Positions 56,816 through 64,000 of a DNA stretch of 64,000 bases are shown here, in pieces. The translations under genes and the position numbers were made by a program. Positions within the stretch are counted from its first letter, which is position 1, and the number at the start of each line of letters is the position of its first letter. Source of the stretch: an uncultured cyanobacterium (GTDB taxonomy: Bacteria > Cyanobacteriota > Cyanobacteriia > PCC-9006 > JAAUQQ01); assembly GCA_963718615.1 (NCBI GenBank), contig OY970368.1:320001-384000 (forward strand), given 5' to 3'. Under the pieces are notes generated by a model that had not been told where the DNA came from, made no database searches, and was given only the letters and a program-made list of their open reading frames with translations.

Positions 56816-58912
56816 TCACCAAACCCGCCAGTCTTCCCAAGATTCGTTAAAGATGGAGGTGTTGGGAAAGGCAGTGGGGTTGCCTTGGCGGTTGAGGCGA
56901 TCGCGCAATTTCCGCAGCAAAGGCTCATCCCTCGGCAAATCATCCACCATCTCGTAGGGCTTGGTCCCCGTTTCCAAGGCCAAGTCGATCGTCACCCCCG
57001 CCGCTGCCCCCGCCGACCACTCGAAGGAATGGACCCGATAGGCCGCTGCTGCAATGTGGCTAGTGGCGATACTTTTGCCTGCGACTAACAAATTATCAAG
57101 CTTCTGGGGAATCATCGCCCGCAGGGGAATCTGGGCCGGGTAGGCTTGGCCATGGCCCTGACGGGTGCCGGGACGTTCGATGTTACCGGGTTTTTCGGAG
57201 GGAGATTGCTCCATGCAGGGGTGGAAGTCAATGGCATATTGGGCGATACCCACGGCATCGGGATAAATCGTTGAGCGGGTGCGCCGCTGGATCTGGTCCA
57301 CCGGAATTTTGCCGCTAATGGCCGCCGCTGCTTCCAATCCGGCCAAGGCATTCCAGAGATGGCGGTAAGTTTGGATCGAGAGATTTTCTTTGTAGAAATC
57401 GGCCCGGAAATCCTGGCGCGAAATATCTAACTCAGAAATACTAAAGCCCTCGCGGTAGGCGTAGGACGGACGGCCAATAATGCGACGCCCTTCGCGGATG
57501 TAGGGATATTTGGACAAACCGTGAACCGTACCCATGGGCGAATCCAAACCGCTGAGTAATTGATGATTGGGATAGGGTTTTTTCAACGCCGCGTCACCTT
57601 GGGAATTGGTTGTACCGCTGGTCAGCCAGTGATAAAAGCCCAAGGATTGCTCTTCTCCGGCCCGGAGCGTCTCGGTTCGCAGACCGCCAAGCCAGCCGCC
57701 GGGCTGGAGCTGTCCCGTTTGGGCCAATTGTTCAGGGGTATAAACCAAATTGTCCTGAGCTGTGCCGGGTCGGTAGTCATTGCCCCAAACCCAGTTTTGC
57801 ATCGAGATATCCCCTGGCTGGGGCAGACCCACATTGAATTTAGGGACTTTTTGCGTCCGTTGCGCCCCGCCCGGTGCCCAGATGCGACGGTAGGTAAAGA
57901 CCGCGTCGAAGTCCGAGAGGTTGGGATTTTTGTCGTAACCGTAGTAGGCCGCGTAGCGATCGTAAAAGCTAGGTTTTAGCTGGGGTTGAGCCTCGGCAGT
58001 TCGCTCCATGGCGAAGGTGTAGGTAAACCCCTGAGTACAGTAGGGATCGCCTGTGGTGCTGGCAGAAGAGGGATTGAGAGAGGAGCGGGGGTCGATGCCA
58101 AGGCGGTAGGGGACCTGGGCGATCGCAATCAATTCTCCTGTTTCTGTTGCGTCCACAACGTACCAGTCCTGCTTCACCAAGACTGTCTTTTGCTCTTGCT
58201 TTTGTTTTCTCGGTTGTGGCACGAACTGGATCGTCGTTTTGCTCAACCGGGTCGAGTCTTCATAGCGATAGATATCTTCGAGGGTTTGGGATAAAGGCTC
58301 GGTATTGAGCGGCTGGCCATTGGCCGAGCGGTGCTGGATGGCGATCGCCCCTTCAATCAGCTTGCCATCGGTTCCAATCTGCAAATCCTTAATCACCGTA
58401 TGGGGAAACCATTTGAGTTTGCCCTTGCCTTGCTTCTCCGCCCGTTTGAGCTGGGACCAGAGTTCTACATGGGCATCGTTGGGTAAAAAGCAGGAGACAC
58501 TCACCCAGCAGTTACCGGGATTGAGGGTGCCGTAGTGTTTTTCGATGCGATCGCGCAGTTCGTTATAGCCTCGGGCGTAGTATTGGAGCGATCGCTGCTT
58601 TTTGGCTTCGTCCAGCGCTGACGTTCCCTGAGCTGAAATCTGGCCCCCCACCCAGTCGGTGATTTCGGTGAGGCAAACGGTGCGACCGGCGAGCAACGAT
58701 TCGTAGGCCGTGGCGGCACCGGCTAGTCCGCCCCCGGCCACGAGAACTTCGCAGGTTTCGGTTTTTTCTGGAGTGGGCACAGCAGAGGGTTGGGTTTGGG
58801 CGATCGCGCCAGTCCCCAGCCCCCCCATGCCAACTGCCTGACCCAGTAGCAAACTGAGAAGACTGAAGGCCTGACTCCTTTTGAAACGTGAGCGATTGTT
58901 TAAAGTAACCAT
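56816..58912 (-). CDS. Exported FAD-dependent oxidoreductase
   Basis: Signal-like N-terminus; VLVAGGGLAG; DATETGEL; PYIREGRRI; QIPLRAMIP; AAYRVH. Confidence 0.92.
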   Translation of the reverse strand: MVTLNNRSRFKRSQAFSLLSLLLGQAVGMGGLGTGAIAQTQPSAVPTPEKTETCEVLVAGGGLAGAATAYESLLAGRTVCLTEITDWVGGQISAQGTSALDEAKKQRSLQYYARGYNELRDRIEKHYGTLNPGNCWVSVSCFLPNDAHVELWSQLKRAEKQGKGKLKWFPHTVIKDLQIGTDGKLIEGAIAIQHRSANGQPLNTEPLSQTLEDIYRYEDSTRLSKTTIQFVPQPRKQKQEQKTVLVKQDWYVVDATETGELIAIAQVPYRLGIDPRSSLNPSSASTTGDPYCTQGFTYTFAMERTAEAQPQLKPSFYDRYAAYYGYDKNPNLSDFDAVFTYRRIWAPGGAQRTQKVPKFNVGLPQPGDISMQNWVWGNDYRPGTAQDNLVYTPEQLAQTGQLQPGGWLGGLRTETLRAGEEQSLGFYHWLTSGTTNSQGDAALKKPYPNHQLLSGLDSPMGTVHGLSKYPYIREGRRIIGRPSYAYREGFSISELDISRQDFRADFYKENLSIQTYRHLWNALAGLEAAAAISGKIPVDQIQRRTRSTIYPDAVGIAQYAIDFHPCMEQSPSEKPGNIERPGTRQGHGQAYPAQIPLRAMIPQKLDNLLVAGKSIATSHIAAAAYRVHSFEWSAGAAAGVTIDLALETGTKPYEMVDDLPRDEPLLRKLRDRLNRQGNPTAFPNTSIFNESWEDWRVW

Positions 58913-59186
58913 AGAACGTTGCGATTCCCTGTGCAGTCCATCACCGTGCTAGCGCGCGATCGCGGTTTTGCTAGCTCCGTTGTCCTCTAGAGACGGGAAT
59001 CTGTCGAGATTGTGTCCAGAACTGTGAGGGTTGGGGCAGTGACCCCCTTGCCAATGCAAACTGACAAACCTAGCGCAGGCGATCGCACTGTCGCTGCGGT
59101 ATTGCGGCTGAAGAGAAAGCGCTTGCAGCATCGGTAACCATGCCTGAGCTCAGGGCAAAAGGTTGTGCGGGCATGATCGTGTTGTT

Positions 59187-59900
59187 TTATTCGGGCAGAT
59201 TGCTCGGGTCAAAGCCCTGGGATCGCAAAAACGCCTCCAACCGTTCCTTTTGCTGACGCTCTTGCTCCGCTCGCTGACGCTCTTGCTCTGCCAAACTCAA
59301 GCGGCGATCGCCCCCCTCCCCATACCAAGTCAAAATTTCCTGAGACAATCCACCCACCTCACCGGGGTACCGCCCAATCCCCAAACCCACCTCCGGCATC
59401 CAAAACGGTTCGCCAATCTGAAGCCGATACTGACCCGCTTCTAGCCGATACAGCTCAAAGGGTTGATGCCGGTCCCGCTGCCAAAACTCCGGATTGTAGA
59501 CCAGGTAATACAACACACCCAAGTTGGCGTAAATCACCATCTTCTCGTCATACTCCCCACCCGGACGATGGGAGACCATCTCCAATACCCAAATCGGTAC
59601 CCTGTCGTTTTCTTCCCAAGTGGCATAGCTGCGACGGGTTTGGCCATTTTTGCGACGCTCCACCCCCAGACTCAGAAACGCATCTGGCACCACCGGTACC
59701 TTCGGACTCACGCCAGTGGTGTGATACACCGCCATATCCACGCCAAAGAACCAATCCATCCGCGCCGCCCAAAGGTCCGTCAGTAAGAGCAGCAGCAGAT
59801 TTGGCAACAGATTCTGAGTTTCGTTATCCACAGGCGTATCGTCCGAACAGGGCAGGTCGGCAGTGCTGGGCAATTGATGGAGGAGCGGTTTCGAGATCAT
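59187..59900 (-). CDS. Uma2 (DUF820) family endonuclease
   Basis: LPCSDDTPVDNE..VPDAFLSLG..VLEMVS..EYDEK; EQERQRAE coiled tail. Confidence 0.93.
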   Translation of the reverse strand: MISKPLLHQLPSTADLPCSDDTPVDNETQNLLPNLLLLLLTDLWAARMDWFFGVDMAVYHTTGVSPKVPVVPDAFLSLGVERRKNGQTRRSYATWEENDRVPIWVLEMVSHRPGGEYDEKMVIYANLGVLYYLVYNPEFWQRDRHQPFELYRLEAGQYRLQIGEPFWMPEVGLGIGRYPGEVGGLSQEILTWYGEGGDRRLSLAEQERQRAEQERQQKERLEAFLRSQGFDPSNLPE

Positions 59901-60082
59901 CGGAAGTATCCGAGCGACTACCTTGATTGTAATTGACTCCCTCCGGCAGTTGTCTCGATGCATCTGCCTAGCATCCACTTTGTTTTTTGACGATCGCTAG
60001 CAGGTTGCGGGAATGAGACGGGGTCTGGGATTGACGGTGTTTCAGATGGCGGCAAGCCAGTTCTGAAATCTATCCGTGACTC

Positions 60083-61192
<1,110 letters not shown>

Positions 61193-61348
61193 GGCATTCC
61201 TCAGTGCTACAAGGGACTATCGGTGAGGTAAACCAGGATTATTAGGCAGATGGATCGATGTCTTACTTAATAAGTTTTAAAAGACCGGTGAGCCCTAGTG
61301 GTAAAGCCTGGAAGGAAGCAGCTAGCTACGAGGTCTGAAGCCTTGGAA

Positions 61349-61655
61349 TTACCACTGAAAGGGCTTGGCCATGGTGCGATTGAAATAGTCGATGAACTGA
61401 AGGATTTGCCGCCTGAGGTCATCGGTGGAGGTGAAATTGCCCCAGCGAAGCAATCGGCGGACCAAGATGCTGAACCAACACTCTATCTGATTCAACCAGG
61501 AGGTGTGCTTGGGAATGTAAACAAACCGAATGCGATGAGTCGGGTCACTCAAAAAAGCTGCCCGACTCTCCATGGATGCAAGAATGCCCAATTGACCTTT
61601 CATGCCCAAGTCATCCTCAAGCTCACAGCAAGCCGCCACCAGTCGGACCAATGAC
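61349..61655 (-). pseudogene. IS630-family transposase, C-terminal remnant
   Basis: RIRFVYIPKHTSWLNQIECWFSILVRRLL..FIDYFNRTMAKPFQW. Confidence 0.88.
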
Positions 61656-61690
61656 AATCCAAAATCGCCAATCCGAAATCCAAAATCGCT
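61656..61690 (+). repeat. Heptamer STRR-type tandem repeat
   Basis: AATCCAA AATCGCC AATCCGA AATCCAA AATCGCT. Confidence 0.8.
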
Positions 61691-61866
61691 ATCTGCCACT
61701 GCTGTTCCCAGGATTGGGCAATGCTTTGGGAGCTATCGAGCCCTTGTTGGAGGATCTGGGTTGCGCCCGTGACGGCTAGCCAGAGGAGAGGTGGAGAGGT
61801 CATGGGAAACTCGCAGAGGGATATCGCCTCAGGCTAGGAAGCGGATATGACTGGGAGATGGAAGAA

Positions 61867-62280
61867 TTAGGGGAGTTCAAGGGCACGCTCGACAAGTTCT
61901 GCCAGTAAACCTTCACGATCGCTCACCGCACGAGTCACGAGTTCGGCAGGCACAGAGCCCGAAGTATGTTTACTTCCCCAAACCATTAAATCAACCAGTA
62001 CCGGAATCAGCTCCAGACCACTCTCGGTGGGAACATATCGACGACTACGCCTATCGCGGGGATCTCTTCGCCGCTCCAAAACGCCTGCTTCGATCAATCG
62101 CTCCAGTCGATCGGTCAGGGTATTCGTTGCGATGCCTTCGTCAGCGGCAATTTCTGAGAACGTGCGGCGCTGACCCAACAGCACATCGCGCAGCACCACC
62201 AGCGTCCATCGGTCTCCTAATAGATCTAGAGCGCAGGCAATCGGGCAGTTTGAGCGCGGCATGTCTTTGCCAGACGGCAT
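61867..62280 (-). CDS. HxlR-family winged-helix regulator
   Basis: CPIACALDLLGDRWTLVVLRD..EGIATNTLTDRL..WG. Confidence 0.92.
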   Translation of the reverse strand: MPSGKDMPRSNCPIACALDLLGDRWTLVVLRDVLLGQRRTFSEIAADEGIATNTLTDRLERLIEAGVLERRRDPRDRRSRRYVPTESGLELIPVLVDLMVWGSKHTSGSVPAELVTRAVSDREGLLAELVERALELP

Positions 62281-62320
62281 AAATCGATGATCGCAGACAG
62301 TTCAAGAGCTCTAAATTATA

Positions 62321-62386
62321 GCTTGCATTTTGCTAGCCAAAAAGTTACTCTTATTTCGCAAGTTAAATCACTTGTGTTTTGCAAGC
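62321..62386. promoter_or_regulatory. Three RCTTGY-N5-GCAAGY palindromes (putative HxlR operator)
   Basis: GCTTGC-ATTTT-GCTAGC (62321), ACTCTT-ATTTC-GCAAGT (62347), ACTTGT-GTTTT-GCAAGC (62370). Confidence 0.6.
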
Positions 62387-62422
62387 TAACCAGGCTGGCC
62401 ATGACTGGCTGAGGAACTATCC

Positions 62423-63157
62423 ATGGATATCAACGGAAAGCGCATCGTCATCACGGGCGGCGGTTCAGGGATTGGGTTAGCGATGGCGCGATCGCTCGCC
62501 GCTAAAGGTGCCCACGTGGTGATCACGGGCCGCAATCAGACGAAGCTAGCGGCTGCGACAACCAATCATCCGAATATTTCGTCCCAGGTCTGCGATGTGG
62601 CTGACGAGGCGGCTGTTGTTGCCCTGCGCGACGCTATGGATGCAGCTGGCGGCACGGATATGTTGGTCAACAATGCCGGGATCATGCACGCGTTTGATGT
62701 CACCCAGGGTTTCCCGCTGGAGAAACAGCTGCAGGAAATCGACATCGATGTGTCAGGCCCGGTGCGCCTGGTTCACCACTTTTTACCGGGGATGCTGAAA
62801 CGCGAGTCGGTGATTGTCAACGTCAGCTCCGGCTTAGCCTACGTTCCCTATGCTGCGGCCCCGGTTTACAGCGCGAGCAAAGCATTTTTGCACTCGTACA
62901 CCCAAAGCCTGCGATCGCAACTTGCGAATACTTCTGTTCGGGTGGTAGAGCTGTTGCCGCCGGTCGTCGATACTCCATTGGCGGCTGACCTCGATCCGTC
63001 ATTCCCCCGCATATCGCCTGAAAAGTTAGTCGCAGCCCTGATCAAAGGACTTAAAAACAATACTGACGAAATCACTCCCGGTCAGTCGGCACAGCTGAAG
63101 CTAATGAGTCGCCTAGCGCCAGGATTCCTCTTTCAACAAATGAATAAGAACGCCTAG
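62423..63157 (+). CDS. Short-chain dehydrogenase (DltE-like)
   Basis: TGGGSGIG, NNAG, NVSSGLA, YSASK, ELLPPVVDT. Confidence 0.93.
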   Translation: MDINGKRIVITGGGSGIGLAMARSLAAKGAHVVITGRNQTKLAAATTNHPNISSQVCDVADEAAVVALRDAMDAAGGTDMLVNNAGIMHAFDVTQGFPLEKQLQEIDIDVSGPVRLVHHFLPGMLKRESVIVNVSSGLAYVPYAAAPVYSASKAFLHSYTQSLRSQLANTSVRVVELLPPVVDTPLAADLDPSFPRISPEKLVAALIKGLKNNTDEITPGQSAQLKLMSRLAPGFLFQQMNKNA

Positions 63158-63200
63158 AGATAACGCTCCCATTACTTAAGCATGGAGATAGCAAATCATC

Positions 63201-63710
63201 ATGAACAACTGGACTATCCTGGGCGTTCAAAGCACCATTGGATTAGTTGTATACACGTTGATATTTTTCTGGTACGTGCAGCCGAGGCTCTCAAAGTTAC
63301 CCTTTGAAAAAGCTGTTTTGCCGCTACTTTTGTTGCACGTTTTTCGATATGCGGGCTTTGCGTTACTGGTGGTTGGACAGGTAGATCCGTCTTTGCCACG
63401 ACCAGTGATGTCTGCGATCGCCGTAGGCGATTTACTGGCTGCTATCAGCGCGTTAATTGCCGCGCTTGCCCTACGGGGGCAGTCAAGTTTGGCGATGCCG
63501 TTGATTTGGCTCTTCACTTTCATCGGAGTTGCAGACATCGTCAATGTCGGGCGCATTGCCATCAGCCTTGATCTGTTCAATCATGATATCGGCACGATGT
63601 GGTTTGTCTCGATCTTGTTTTTTCCGACTCTGCTCATCGCGCATATTTACATCTTCCATCGTCTCGTCAAAAAAGGAGACGAAGACCTTAAAAGGATTGA
63701 AAACGCCTAA
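63201..63710 (+). CDS. Hypothetical membrane protein
   Basis: About five TM helices; LHVFRY..GD motif; GGAG RBS. Confidence 0.8.
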   Translation: MNNWTILGVQSTIGLVVYTLIFFWYVQPRLSKLPFEKAVLPLLLLHVFRYAGFALLVVGQVDPSLPRPVMSAIAVGDLLAAISALIAALALRGQSSLAMPLIWLFTFIGVADIVNVGRIAISLDLFNHDIGTMWFVSILFFPTLLIAHIYIFHRLVKKGDEDLKRIENA

Positions 63711-63787
63711 TGAAAATCACCACAAGATCCCGGCCTGTGGCAATTATTACGGCTTTGGGCCGAGACACTCAATAGAGGAAATTTCCT

Positions 63788-64000
63788 ATGCCCAAACGAT
63801 CTCATTTCATGGCCGTTGTCGCCACTGGACTGTTTGCAGGCGGCGGCACTATGGTCGGCCTCTCCTTCGGAATTGTCTTTCTAGGACTTGGCAACCTGGT
63901 GCCAGCGATGAGCGGTGAGCAACTGGTCGAGCTTTTCCCAAAATACTGGATTGCGATCGCTTGCACGATCATTCCTATCGCACTCACAAAGACTATCGCG
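63788..64000 (+). CDS. Membrane protein, possibly DUF1772/anthrone oxygenase-like (partial)
   Basis: MPKRSHFMAVVATGLFAGG.. after a GAGG RBS; open to the window end. Confidence 0.6.
   Translation, partial: MPKRSHFMAVVATGLFAGGGTMVGLSFGIVFLGLGNLVPAMSGEQLVELFPKYWIAIACTIIPIALTKTIA

Noticed and set aside
56172-59186. patS/patX (RGSGR peptide) near the FAD oxidoreductase or hetR
   Set aside because: No RGSGR or RGTGR found in the ORF track or in the intergenic frames I read; only near-misses (KGSGV, HSSGH). The manual search was not exhaustive.

Overview
Cyanobacterial chromosome segment, with the HIP1 octamer GCGATCGC throughout and psb28, psb29, sbtAB, curT-like, sipA, sigF, pmgA and hetR. The host is most likely a non-heterocystous filamentous strain, since HetR lacks the Nostocales Ser130. 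Bases 1-12.7 kb are an accessory island: an IS21 nested in an IS4, a decaying rhodanese/hydrolase operon hit by an IS1380, a run of membrane-protein and peptidase genes, and a tnpB remnant. Bases 12.9-59 kb are mostly core genes (sbtAB, PPTase, bcp, coaX, purU, gatB, pcrA, clpP, cbiX with a cobalamin riboswitch, hisG, probable 6S RNA). This core is interrupted at 18.4-25.7 kb by an accessory block containing an RTX surface protein, an orphan HicB-like RHH regulator with 13-bp-period TGATATCA boxes, and a nuclease cassette bounded by a duplicated purU 3' end. Bases 59-64 kb are accessory again. The most interesting signals are: (1) a putative HetR circuit outside heterocyst formers, with GGG-N5-CCC boxes at hetR, at a diguanylate cyclase and in front of an unannotated ~54-nt NsiR1-like sRNA; (2) the RHH/TGATATCA locus; (3) the purU-end cassette; (4) two 24-nt double-hairpin insertions that split HIP1 sites in frame. 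All family calls come from motif recognition by eye; no database searches were run.
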